From the NCBI RefSeq assembly GCF_006345805.1, contig NW_021827525.1, positions 1 to 28,476 on the forward strand: a stretch of 28,476 nucleotides of DNA, given 5' to 3'. Below are positions 1-11,154 of this stretch, piece after piece; positions within the stretch are counted from its first letter, which is position 1, and every line of letters starts with the position of its first letter. Under the pieces are notes generated by a model that saw only the letters and a list, made by a program, of their open reading frames with translations, had not been told where the DNA came from and made no database searches. Made by a program: the position numbers and the translations under genes. The DNA is from Octopus sinensis (Eukaryota).

Positions 1-225
1 TGGCTGCTGTGCCAACTGCACCAATTTCCACAGGAATAATTGTTGTCTTAAGTCTTCCAAAATCTCTTTATTTCTCTGGCTATGTCCTGATCTTTCTTAT
101 TTCTGCTTTTGAGGGTTTTTTTTTTTGGCAATTTCTTCGGTATCCAGTCTGCTATCATAATGCTATGACAATGATCTCACACTCCTGTTGTTCTCCATAA
201 CCAAACCTGGTCTTCCTGCTTCATT
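1..225 (-). mobile_element. R4/Dong-clade non-LTR retrotransposon remnant (restriction-like endonuclease C-terminus), frameshifted, runs off the window edge
   Basis: Manual minus-strand translation in shifting frames gives RPGLVMENN / CEIIVIA / KDQDIAREIKRFWK / LKTTIIPVEIGAVGT, the same motif order as the better-preserved copies at 3813-4540 and 15798-17200. Confidence 0.75.
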
Positions 226-574
226 TAATCAAGGAACATTTTACTTCATTTGTCCCTGTTCCTTTCTTCCTTTCTTCCTTTCTTTCTCTCTTTTTCTCCT
301 CTCTCTCTTTCCTGCTGTTTTTCTCGTTTCAACGGCCAAAGTGGAAGCATTCCCGTCTCGGTAATGGCAACACATAATATGGCTTCAGTCAATAAATCAA
401 TTTTCTTTCCTTTCCATTGTATATTAATTTCTCGCTAAAATGGTTCCCCTGCTTTAACCAAAAAAACAGTTTATTTCATTATTCTCTCTTTCTTCTCGCT
501 CTCTCTCTCTCCCTGTCTCTCACCTTCTCGGTCGATAAGTCAATTTTATTATTATTATTATTATTGTTATTACG

Positions 575-1644
575 AAGGGCAAATGTGTGCGGCCTTTCAG
601 CGGCGTTTCGCGGCTTTTGGCGACGGAGGCGGAGCACTAGGAATGGCAGATGTCAGCTTTGAAATACGGGAAGCAATGGCTAGCTGCACGAGGAGTAAAT
701 TGTCTGGTTTGGATGGTCTGCCCTACGAGCTTTATGCTTACATACCGTGGAGGCGCAATGGCCCAGTGGTTAGGGCAGCGGACTCGCGGTCATAGGATCG
801 TGGTTTCGATTCCCAGACCGGGCGTTGTGAGTGTTTATTGAGCGAAAACACCTAAAAGCTCCACGAGGCTCCGGCAGGGGATGGTGGTGATCCCTGCTGT
901 ACTCTTTCACCACAACTTTCTCTCGCTCTTACTTCCTGTTTCTGTTGTACCTGTATTTCAAAGGGCCGGCCTTGTCACTCTCTGTGTCACGCTGAATATC
1001 CCCGAGAACTACGTTAAGGGTACACGTGTCTGTGATCCCTGCTGTACTCTTTCACCACAACTTTCTCTCACTCTTACTTCCTGTCTCTCTTGTACCTGTA
1101 TTTCAAGGGGCCGGCCTTGTCACTCTCTGTGTCACGCTGAATATCCCCTAGAACTACGTTAAGGGTACACGTGTCTGTGGAGTGCTCAGCCACTTACACG
1201 TTAATTTCACGAGCAGGCTGTTCCGTTGATTCGGATCAACCGGAACCCTCGTCGTCGTAACCGACGGAGTGCTTTCACCATGCTTACATACCAGACTTGT
1301 TCGGCGACGTCTTAGCAAACGCTTACTGCCACTGGCAACAGAATGGGAGAATTCCCAGTTTTGTGAGTCGAAGAGCGGTGGCATTGCTGAGGAAAGACCC
1401 GAACATGGGAGAATGTGTTGACAAATTTAAGCTCATAACTCTGCTGAATGCAGAGTTCAAAATCTTGGTCAAGGTGTTAGCTACGAGCTCGGCGTTTGTC
1501 GTCGTCGATCTGGTAGGGGAGGCAAAGACATCCCGAAAAGATCCATCCTCGACAACCTCCACCTCATGCGATACATCATTGAGAAATTGGTTAAACAACC
1601 TGGCACAGGTGGGTTTGCCATGGAGAAGCTTCTCTCCGATCAGT

Positions 1645-1645
<1 letters not shown>
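575..1645 (+). mobile_element. L1/Tx1-clade LINE reverse transcriptase remnant, interrupted by a SINE at 747-1279
   Basis: Removing the SINE and one TSD copy joins ORF 583 to ORF 1297 in frame: SKLSGLDGLPYELYAYIP|DLFGDVLANAYCHWQQNGRIP...LITLLNAEFKILVKVLA, then after a frameshift RSILDNLHLMRYII. These match the PG.DG, RPI.LLN.D.KIL and RSI.DN motifs of L1/Tx1 RT domains. Confidence 0.85.
747..1279 (+). mobile_element. tRNA-derived SINE family A (octopus OR1-like), full length with a 145-bp internal duplication
   Basis: A-box TGGCCCAGTGG and B-box-like GGTTTCGATTCC. 13-bp TSD ATGCTTACATACC at 734-746 and 1280-1292. Near-identical copies at 7413, 8397, 17637 and 23941. The family name is from memory and unverified. 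Confidence 0.92.
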
Positions 1646-1831
<186 letters not shown>

Positions 1832-2170
1832 GGCTCAGGTTCGCTCATATTCGTGGTAGAATTTAAGCGGGTAATGTGTTACTACCCGTAACCTTAGGTA
1901 TCTATAAGTTTTCAACAGTCTTTCAAGTGTTTACACAACCCTTCTGATAATCCTTGCTATCCCTCTAAGGGACAGATTTTCTGTAGGAGCTCAACAGAGT
2001 ATACTTTTTCAATCTTCAGCCATTTGTCTATTTCTTGGCTTACTGTTCCAAACGCATCTATTATTATAGACACGACCTTTACTGTTCTCATTCTCCAAAT
2101 TCTTCCTCTTTCAAATTTTAAGGGATTGTATATATTTTTGTTGTTCTTTGTCTGTCTTTAAGATCCTGGA
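1832..2170 (-). mobile_element. 5'-truncated R4/Dong-clade LINE 3' end, flanked by (TAA)n on both sides
   Basis: Minus translation QQKYIQSLKFERGRIWRMRTVKVVSIIIDAFGTVSQEIDKWL...ELLQKICPL, then (frameshift) RIIRRVV*, followed by a short 3' UTR running into (TAA)n. Confidence 0.75.

Positions 2171-2239
<69 letters not shown>
2171..2239. repeat. (TTA)n microsatellite
   Basis: Directly visible. Confidence 0.98.
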
Positions 2240-2786
2240 GAGTTAGAGAGCAGTGCCTGCCATCAAAAGTGACACTGGGGTAAAATATACGAAGCCCAGT
2301 ATACCCATCATGACTACCCGTCTGATAAGGGTACACCAGGCACATGCATCACAACCATATGTGCGCGACATGGTGATCTCATAACAAGATAAACAGCACA
2401 TGACCTTGCGGGTGGGTCCCAATTAGAATTTTTTTCTGGTCAAGTAACCCATCCCGCTCAAAAGGTCCCTGAATAAGGGTTGTTTAAGGATGTTGAACGA
2501 AACACTCATGTTTCCAGAAGTGAATTATTCAAACCTCCAAGAATTGCTCTCAACACATGGCTATGATGCTCCCCCACGACTTCTGCTCGTGATCAGAGAT
2601 GCACATATCGTCAGCCACCAAGGTACATCCTCAACTGGTTATGGTCAAACAACTGACAAGCAAATCTGTGGTATTGAGCAGAATATTTGCTGTAGCCCAT
2701 CTTTTATACCAAGACAAAACAATGTACATGATAACACTTCCAATAAGTGAAGATCAGAAGCCATGAGAGCCACTGCATCCAGGCAT
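2240..2786 (-). mobile_element. Non-coding TAA-tailed retroposon (element E), copy 1
   Basis: 2240-2690 aligns closely with 3290-3733. Both copies share the same end, which abuts (TTA)n and reads ...GCTCTCT(A/C)ACTC(AAT)n on the minus strand. No recognisable ORF. Confidence 0.7.
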
Positions 2787-2898
2787 TTTATTATTATTAT
2801 TATTATTATTATCATCATATTATTATATTATTATTATTATATTATTTTATTATTTTTTATTATTATTATTATATTATTATTATCATCATCATCATTAT
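2787..2898. repeat. Degenerate (TTA)n/(ATC)n microsatellite
   Basis: Directly visible. Confidence 0.95.
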
Positions 2899-3181
2899 AC
2901 GTTAAATTCAACTTACATTGTAAGTCAACAACAAAGTTTGTTTAGAAGCGTTGAGACGTATTGAACGAACAGATAAGGAAATAATTTTATTCCCAAGCGC
3001 AAGATAATTCTAATAATATAGCTTGAACAGGATAAACTACTCATATTTTGCAGAAAAATCTGTCGGCGGCCAATTATTCAATAGTCATATTTTTATCACA
3101 TGCTCTCACCACACTACCGAGTGCAGTTCTGTGCGCCTCGGGTATGTGCTGTTGTTTGTCTTGATGTTGCTATTTTCACTG

Positions 3182-3182
3182 T

Positions 3183-3249
<67 letters not shown>

Positions 3250-3289
3250 TACTACTACTACTACTATTATTATTATTATTATTATTATT
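3182..3289. repeat. Compound (ATC)n-(CTA)n-(TTA)n microsatellite
   Basis: Directly visible. Confidence 0.97.
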
Positions 3290-3733
3290 GAGTGAGAGAG
3301 CAGTGCATGCCATCAAAAGTGACACTGGTAAAATATACGAAGCCCAGTATACCCCATGACTACCCGTCTGATAAGGGTACACCAGGCAATGCATCACAAC
3401 CATATGTGCGCGAATGGTGATCTCATATCAAGATAAAACAGCACATGACCTTGCAGGTGGGGCCCAGTTAGAATTTTTTCAGGTTGAGTAGCCCATCCCG
3501 CTCAACGGTCCCTGAATAAGGGTTTGTTTAAGGATGTTGAAAGAACCACCCATGTTCCAGAGGTGAACTATTCAAACCCCAAAGAATCCCTCTCAACACA
3601 TAGCTATGATGCTCCCCCACTACTTCTGCTCGTGATCAGAGATGCACATATCGTCAGCCACTAGGGGACATGCTCAACTGGTTAAGGTCAAACAACTGAC
3701 AAGCAAATCTGTGGTATTGAGCAGAATATTTGC
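3290..3733 (-). mobile_element. Non-coding TAA-tailed retroposon (element E), copy 2, about 100 bp shorter at the presumed 5' end
   Basis: Homologous to 2240-2690 and flanked by (TTA)n on both sides. Confidence 0.7.
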
Positions 3734-3795
<62 letters not shown>

Positions 3796-3812
3796 GTTGT
3801 TGTTGTTGTTGT
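3734..3812. repeat. (TTA)n(TTG)n microsatellite, forming the tail of the adjacent R4 element
   Basis: Directly visible. Confidence 0.97.
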
Positions 3813-4540
3813 CTTTGCACAACTTCCAACGCTGGACATGTACTACGGTGTCAGCTATTCACTACCAGTGAACTAAGGTAACACCCCTTATTTTCCGAGG
3901 ACCATCCAGAGTATTCGAGCAGTTCCAAGCAGTGTTGTGTTCTGCAAGTGCTCCACCCTTATTGCAGCCCCTATTTGTTCCATGTACTTCTCAAGATTTT
4001 TACTCACTGTTCCTAGGGCTCCGACAATTATTGGTACTACTACCACCTTTTTCAGCGACTACAACAGCTTAACCTCCCAAGCCAACCTATTATATCTATC
4101 GACTTTTCTTTCTTCCTTATCGCACACCTTGTTGTCAGTTGCGCATGCTATATCTATGATTCAGCATAGTTAGCTTTCTTTCTCAATTAACACTATGTCT
4201 GGTTTCCTATTCTCTATCTCATGGTCGCACTGATTCATAAAATCCCACAGGATCTTTACATTATCATTTTCATTGATGCCGTCGGGTTTATGTTCGTACC
4301 ACTTTTTTGCTTGGTCAAGTCCATACTTGTTGCAAAGTGTCCAATGGACAATCCTTGCTATATTGTCATGACATCTCTTATACTCTTTCTGGGATAGTGG
4401 CATACATTGACTGGTAATATGCCATACGGTTTCACCATTTTGTCAACAAATTCTGCACTTATCACTCTCTGATGTGTTGTCTATTCCGCATTTGATGTAA
4501 TTGGTTCTTAATGCTTGCTCTTGGGCAGCACAAATTAAAA
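3813..4540 (-). mobile_element. R4/Dong-clade LINE 3' end: CCHC zinc knuckle, restriction-like endonuclease and 3' UTR
   Basis: LICAAQEQALRTNYIKCGIDNTSESDKCRIC / NGETVWHITSQC / EYKRCHDNIARIVHW...KILWDF...RKPDIVLIEK / DIAC..D...VVPIIVGALGTV...LLGTARIL, with frameshifts; ends in (CAA)n(TAA)n on the minus strand. Confidence 0.92.
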
Positions 4541-4541
4541 C

Positions 4542-4975
4542 CAAGTGTCTTCTACTATAACCTCGGGCCGACCAAAACATTTTAAATGGATTTGTTAGAC
4601 GGAAACTGAAAGAAACCCGTCGTATATGTGTGTGTGTGTGTGCGTGCGTGCCCTCTCTGTCTGTATCTGTCTCTCTTTTTCTCTTTCTCTCTCTCTGTAT
4701 ATATATATATATATGTGTGTGTGTGTATGCGTGTGTCTTTGTGTCTGTGTTTCTTTCCCCATTACCGCTTGACAACCGGTGTTGGTGTATTTATATCCTC
4801 CCCTAACTTAATGGTTGGTATGATTATATCCCTCTAAATTAGAAACCGATAGAATAAGTATTGGGCTTTAAAAAAGTTTTTAAACAAGTCCCTGGGTCGA
4901 TTTGTTCGACTAAAACCCTTCAAGGCGGAGTTCCAGCATAATCCGCACTTCAACGACTGAAGCAAGTAAAAGAGC
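4542..4975 (+). mobile_element. SINE family C, head-truncated, with internal TG/CT/TA microsatellite
   Basis: CAAGTGTCTTCTACTATA...GACGGAAACTGAAAGAA, then microsatellite, then CCGCTTGACAACC...GATAGAATAAGTA...GTCGATTTG..CGACTAA, shared with 10574-10945 and 24538-24925. Confidence 0.8.
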
Positions 4976-4989
4976 AAAAAAATAAAGGA

Positions 4990-5160
4990 CTTATATGGTG
5001 GGATTCCACACAGTTTCCGTCTACCAAATTCACTCGTAAAGCATTGGTTGGCCCGAGCATATAGTAGAAACCACTTGCCTAAGATGCCATACAACGGGAC
5101 TGAACCCGTAACCACGCGGTTGCAAAGCGAGCTCCTTAATTTCACAACCACACCTGCGCT
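4990..5160 (-). mobile_element. SINE family C-related 5' half
   Basis: Reverse complement AGCGCAGGTGTGGTTGTG...GGTTCAGTCCC...GGCAAGTG...GGTAGACGGAAACTG matches the family C head. Confidence 0.8.
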
Positions 5161-5251
5161 TGTCGTTGTCTTTAGTAACGTACCTGTAATACACTCAGGA
5201 GTGCGTAGCTCTAACGTTCTCATACAGAAGCCTTACTACTGTGTGTGTGTG

Positions 5252-5305
<54 letters not shown>

Positions 5306-5455
5306 AGAGACAAAATGAAAATCGATATTATTTACTGGACAGTTTCGTTATTGGAATTTCAGGAAATGTTGCCAATCTTTTATGGCACCATTCTTCACCA
5401 TAGAATGGTTATTCTTCCTCTTTGCTCTAATTTTGTCTCACTTTTATTGACGGCT

Positions 5456-5744
5456 TCTCTCTCTCTCTCTCTCTTTCACCTTCTATCTCTCTTTCACCCT
5501 CCCTCTCTTTCACCTTCTCTCTCTCTTTCACCCTCTCTCTTTCACTCTATCTATCTCTTACACTCCTCTCTCTCTCTTTCACCCTATCTCTCTCTCTTTC
5601 ACCCTATCTCTCTCTCTTTCACCCTATCTCTCTCTCTTTCACCCCTCTCTCTCTTTCAGCCTATCTCTCTCTCTTTCACCCTATCTCTCTTTCACCCTCT
5701 CTCTCTCTCTTTCACCCCTCTTTCTTTCACCCCCTTCTCTCTCG

Positions 5745-5760
<16 letters not shown>
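5456..5760. repeat. CT-rich minisatellite, roughly 20-24 bp units built on TTCACCCT(A/C)TCTCTCTCT
   Basis: Directly visible repeated unit. Confidence 0.9.
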
Positions 5761-5776
<16 letters not shown>

Positions 5777-5808
5777 GTGTGTATGTGTATTTGTGTAGGT
5801 GTGTCTGT

Positions 5809-5841
<33 letters not shown>

Positions 5842-6246
5842 TATATATATATATACAGACATAAATATATTATCTCTTTTCTTTTCGTCGATACTCCTGC
5901 TTCTTTCTCTTCCGTCTTCTACAACCACCACCACCACCGTTACCACCATCACCACCACCACCACCACCATGTACAGGTCTCCCTCGCCCCCCCCCATTGA
6001 CTTATACATGCATACATACACAAGACAGCAGAGTATGATCTGAGGAAGATTTGGTTACCCTTTTTAGCAGGACTAGCTACCATGTAGAGGCTCACCATTT
6101 CACTCATTCATGATAAATTCTATAAATAATACAATTTACCAATATTTGATGGCACCACACCACGTCTCCCTCATTGGTTTAGGATTCTCTTTCCTTAACA
6201 CCCCCTTCACTCTGCTGTCCTTCTCTTCTCCCTCTCTTCCTTCCAT

Positions 6247-6358
<112 letters not shown>

Positions 6359-6437
6359 CTCACCCTCTTATATTTTAAATATTTATCTCTACACAACTAT
6401 CTCTCCTTCTTATATTTTAAATATTCAAACTGTATAT

Positions 6438-6603
6438 AGGCGCATGAATGGCTGTGTGGTAAGAAACTTGCTTCCCAACCACATTGATCTCGGTTCAGTC
6501 CTACTGCGGGTCATGTTGGGCAAGTGTCTTCTATATCCTCGGACCGACCAAAGCCTTGTGAATGGATTTGGTAGACGGAAGCAGAAAGATGCCTGTCATA
6601 GTG

Positions 6604-6648
<45 letters not shown>

Positions 6649-6652
6649 TGTA

Positions 6653-6730
<78 letters not shown>

Positions 6731-6830
6731 TATATGTATGTATGTATGTATGATGTATGTATGTATGGGTGTGTGTGTGTGAGTGTGTGTGTGTGGTGTG
6801 TGTGTGTTGTGTTTGTCTTCCGATCACCGC
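6438..6830 (+). mobile_element. SINE family C with an expanded internal (TA)n/(TG)n tract; 3' part largely lost
   Basis: Head AGGCGCATGAATGGCTGTGTGGTAAGAAACTTGCTTCCCAACC...GGTTCAGTCC...TTGGGCAAGTGTCTTCTA...; a short remnant of the post-microsatellite segment near 6810-6830. Confidence 0.8.
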
Positions 6831-7412
6831 TGGATTTGGCTGCAGGGATTGGGGAGGGAGAAATAAGCACAAGCATAGTGTATGAAAAAGAGGAAATGTG
6901 CGGCGGACGAGAAGAGATGTAGTTTGGTTTGTTGGGTTTAGGGTGTGTGAAAAGTTTTATTGTTACATGTGGGTGGAACATCCAGCGCTTCCAGAACTCA
7001 GTTTCGCTGAAGTGGGTGGGTCTTCTCAAGTACCTCATATCACCAGATATCTCGGACCATTTGTCATCTCCTCTGTGATGCCCAACATCCTAAGATCAGT
7101 CCTCACTACTTCATCCCATGTTTTCCTGGGTTTCCCTCTTCCACAAGTACCATCTACCTTCATTGGCTGGCACTTTTTTTTATAGAGCAGTCAACATTCA
7201 TACACATCACATGTCCAAACCAAGGTAGTTTTCTCTCTTGCATGATGCAGATGATTCCTCTTATCCCCAACTTTACCCTCAATACATGTGCATTTTGTCG
7301 TGTATGCACCCTGATGTTGCACATCCAACGGATCATACTCCCTTCATTCCTCTCCAGTCTACGCATGCCCTCCGCATTCAGAGCCCATGTCTCACTACCA
7401 TAGCCGTTCGTA

Positions 7413-8055
7413 ATTGGAAGCTCTCCGTCGGTTACGACGACGAGGGTTCCGGTTGATCCGAATCAACGGAACAGCCTGCTCGTGAAATTAACGTGTAAGT
7501 GGCTGAGCACTCCACAGACACGTGTACTCTTAACGTAGTTCTCGGGGATATTCAGCGTGACACAGAGAGTGACAAGGCCGGCCCTTTGAAGTACAGGTAC
7601 AACAGAAACAGGAAGTAAGAGTGAGAGAAAGTTGTGGTGAAAGAGTACAGCAGGGATCACCACAATCCCCTGCAGGAGCACTCCATCGGTTACGATGATG
7701 AGGGTTCCGGTTGATCCGATCAACGGAACAGCCTGCTCGTGAAATTAACGTGTAAGTGGCTGAGCACTCCACAGACACGTGCACCCTTAACGTAGTTCTC
7801 GAGGATATTCAGCGTGACACAAAGAGTGACAAGGCCGGCATTTGAAATACAGGTACAACAGAAACAGGAAGTAAGAGTGAGAGAAAGTTGTGGTGAAAGA
7901 GTACAGCAGGGATCACCACCATCCCCTGCCGGAGCCTCGTGGAGCTTTTAGTGTTTTCGCTCAATAAACACTCACAACGCCCGGTCTGGGAATCGAAACC
8001 GCGATCCTACGACCGCGAGTCCGCTGCCCTAACCACTGGGCCATTGCGCCTCCAC
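7413..8055 (-). mobile_element. SINE family A, full copy plus a head-to-tail second copy of its 3' two-thirds
   Basis: TSD (C)ATAGCCGTTCGTA at 7399-7412 and 8055-8068; internal junction at GGAGC 7675-7679. Confidence 0.92.
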
Positions 8056-8396
8056 ATAGCCGTTCGTACACAAGCATCATTCAATCTACCTTTCACTCAG
8101 AGAGTGAGTTCTTTTGTTGCCGACAGAAGTAGTTGTTCTCTGAACTTTTTCCACCCTGTTCTTATTCCCGCACCTATACTGTCAAAATAGCCTTCACTAT
8201 TGCTAATTTTTGTCACCTAGGTAACAGAAACTATCTACAATCTCAAAGAGCCTCCAGGACATTTGAAAGTGTCTAAATCTCCCCTGCCCTTTGTGCTTAT
8301 TCTTCCTGCGTTTCTGCCACATACGAAGACGATTTTTTATGTTAATTTATCTGTAATTCAGCTGCACCTCTTATGTGTCCATAACTTATACTGAGA

Positions 8397-8787
8397 GTGG
8401 AGGCGCAATGGCCCAGTGGTTAGGGCAGCGGACTCGCGGTCATAGGATCGCGGTTTCGATTCCCAGACCGGGCGTTGTGAGTGTTTATTGAGCGAAAACA
8501 CCTAAAAGCTCCACGAGGCTCCGGCAGGGGATGGTGGTGATCCCTGCTGTACTCTTTCACCACAACTTTCTCTTACTCTTACTTCCTGTTTCTGTTGTAC
8601 CTGTATTTCAAAGGGCCGGCCTTGTCACTCTCTGTATCACGCTGAATATCCCCGAGAACTACGTTAAGGGTACACGTGTCTGTGGAGTGCTCAGCCACTT
8701 ACACGTTAATTTCACAAGCAGGCTGTTCCGTTGATTCGGATCAATCGGAACCCTCGTCGTCGTAACCGACGGAGTGCTTCCTTTTCC
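8397..8787 (+). mobile_element. SINE family A, full length
   Basis: 10-bp TSD TATACTGAGA at 8387-8396 and 8788-8797. Confidence 0.93.
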
Positions 8788-9224
8788 TATACTGAGAACA
8801 ACGAATGTAATTACTTTCCGCTCCTTTCCTACATATTAAACAAGGCTATTTACCCGATGGAAAGAGAATCTTATCTGTTTTCTTGCTAACAACTTTAGTC
8901 TTTGCTAGATTAACTTAAGGCCCTTTGATTTCAGTTTTTGCTTCCATACCTGGAATTTGTTCTCCAATTTTGCCCAAAAATTCTGCAATAAGAGCGAGGT
9001 GATCAGCATATAATAGTCCCCACGAATAGCCAGATTTAAATTTCTTAGTTATGACGAATTAAGACTGGTCTGAGAACTGAGTCATGGTGAACCCCTATTT
9101 GTACTCAAAACGTTTCTGTCAGCTCGCCGCCTTTAGTTGTTTCTATCCAAGACATCTCTTTACCCTTGTAACCACTAACTATAATATAATAACATCACTC
9201 ATAGCTTTGAAGGGGTGTCCAGTC

Positions 9225-9362
9225 TTCCCAGTTCTTTTACAAAAACTGAAGGACCGCTGAAATAATTGTGTGAATCTGAGTGGGGATTATGTTGAATAAA
9301 ACCATAATTAACTGATCCTCCTGTATTTTCTTGAACCCAAAACCAGGAACATTTCGGCACTG
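9225..9362 (+). mobile_element. Mariner-type DNA transposon 3' end (transposase C-terminus and TIR-like end)
   Basis: 9243-9299 reads KLKDR*NNCVNLSGDYVE*, resembling the R..KC....GDY.E ending of mariner transposases; followed by CCAGGAACATTTCGGCAC, resembling a mariner TIR. Confidence 0.55.
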
Positions 9363-9370
9363 CTTTGTGT

Positions 9371-9422
<52 letters not shown>

Positions 9423-9774
9423 TTATTGAAGGCGTATAAGCGTATGCTTGTATGCGTATATATGTATGGTTTGGTATGCAAGCATTTATGCAAGATATAA
9501 TGTGAAGGTGTGTAGATGTGTGTGCGTGCGTGTGTGTATTTGTGTGTGTGGATGCGCGTGTGGATGCGCGTGTGCTTGCATGTGTATATACACGTGTGTG
9601 TGTGTGTGTGTGTGTGTGTCTTATCGATTTCTGCAACTGCTCCTGGCTATTTTCGATGCTGCTTTAATCACCAACTCATTTACTCTATTATCATTCTTGA
9701 CCTGAACATCCTCGTGTGAATTTGGCGCATGCGCAACCTGCAAAACTTGCACCTGAACTAAACTAGCAAACCTT

Positions 9775-9775
<1 letters not shown>

Positions 9776-9816
<41 letters not shown>

Positions 9817-10035
9817 TACACACAAACATATACATACATACATATTTACATACACACTTACATACATTCATACATACATACATACATACACACACACATA
9901 TATATACATACATACTTACGTGCATTCATACACACACATACATACATACATACATACATACATTCATACATACATACATACACACATACGTTCATACATT
10001 CATACATACATACATACATATATATACATACATAC

Positions 10036-10072
<37 letters not shown>

Positions 10073-10137
10073 CATACATACTTACGTGCATTCATACATA
10101 CATACGTTCATACATTCATACATACATACATACATAA

Positions 10138-10190
<53 letters not shown>

Positions 10191-10273
10191 CATACATACT
10201 TACGTGCATTCATACATACATACATACGTTCATACATTCATACATACATACATACATATATATACATACATAC

Positions 10274-10304
<31 letters not shown>

Positions 10305-10470
10305 CATACATACATACATACATGCATTCATATATACATACATAATTACTTACATATATACATACATACATACATAATTACTTACATATATACATACATA
10401 CAAACATACATACATACATACATACATACATACATACATACATGCATTCATACATACATACATAATATAT
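9776..10470. repeat. (TA)n and (CATA)n satellite with higher-order repeats
   Basis: The variant block CTTACGTGCATTCATAC recurs near 9915, 10081 and 10199. Confidence 0.95.
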
Positions 10471-10573
10471 GTATGTGTGTATGTCTGTGCACGCGTTTAT
10501 GTGTATATATATTTGTAGATATATAGATATGTTTCTATACATATGGATGTATACTTTATACACACACACACAG

Positions 10574-10945
10574 AGGCACAGGTATGGCTGTGTAGTAAGA
10601 AGTTTGCTTCTCAACCCCATGGTTCCAGGTTCAGTCCCACTGCGTGGCACTTTGGACAATTTATTTCTAATATTGCCTCGGGCCGACCAAAGCATTGAGA
10701 ATCGATTTGATAGACGGAAACTGAAAGAAGCCCGTCGTATATATATGCGTGTGTGTTTGTATGTTTGTCTTTGTGTCTATGCGCGTGAATCGGTGTTGGT
10801 GTGTTTACATCCCCATAAACTTAGCGGTTCGGCAAAGGCTGATAGAATGAGTATCAGGTTTCAAAAACATATTATAAGTACTGTGGTCGATTTCGAGACG
10901 GTGCCCCAGCGTGGCCGCAGCCAAATAACTGAAACGGATGAAAGA
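10574..10945 (+). mobile_element. SINE family C, near full length
   Basis: Head AGGCACAGGTATGGCTGTG...GGTTCAGTCCC, short internal TA/TG tract, 3' part AACTTAGCGGTTCGGCAAA...GGCCGCAG...ACTGAAAC. Confidence 0.85.
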
Positions 10946-11096
10946 GTACAGCAGGGATCACCCCCCCCCCTGCCGGAGCCTCGTGGAGCTTTTAGGTGTT
11001 TTCGCTCAATAAACACACACAACGCCCGGTATGGGAATCGAAACCGCGATCCTCCGACCGCGAGTCAGCTGCCCTAACCACTGGGCCATTGCGCCT

Positions 11097-11100
<4 letters not shown>
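10939..11100 (-). mobile_element. SINE family A head (poly-C subfamily, as at 14660), 3' end lost
   Basis: Carries the GATCAC(C)nTGCC variant also seen near 14826; 5' end abuts (CA)n(TA)n. Confidence 0.88.

Positions 11101-11154
<54 letters not shown>

Larger units (their letters stand above)
7000..9112 (-). mobile_element. RTE-clade LINE remnant (RT domain through C-terminus), interrupted by two family A SINEs
   Basis: Minus translation with SINEs removed: VQIGVHHDSVL / GLLYADHLALIAE (catalytic YADD decayed) / KFQVWKQKLKSKGL / Cys-rich segment / EIVDSFCYLGD / GWKKFRE...VKGRL..ACVRTAM / GSETWALNAEGMRRLERNEGSMIRWMC...WFGHVM / GKPRKTWDEVV. Confidence 0.9.

Noticed and set aside
747-830. tRNA genes at SINE heads (also 8397, 12644, 23941)
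   Set aside because: A/B boxes are present, but each continues into a SINE body with TSDs and I could not build a complete acceptor stem; treated as tRNA-derived SINE heads.
3115-3146. Small imperfect hairpin TACCGAG...CTCGGGTA between the two element E copies
   Set aside because: Short and imperfect; I could not assign it to a ribozyme or element terminus.
5350-5415. Possible small exon after ATTTCAG
   Set aside because: Weak donor and no recognisable peptide.
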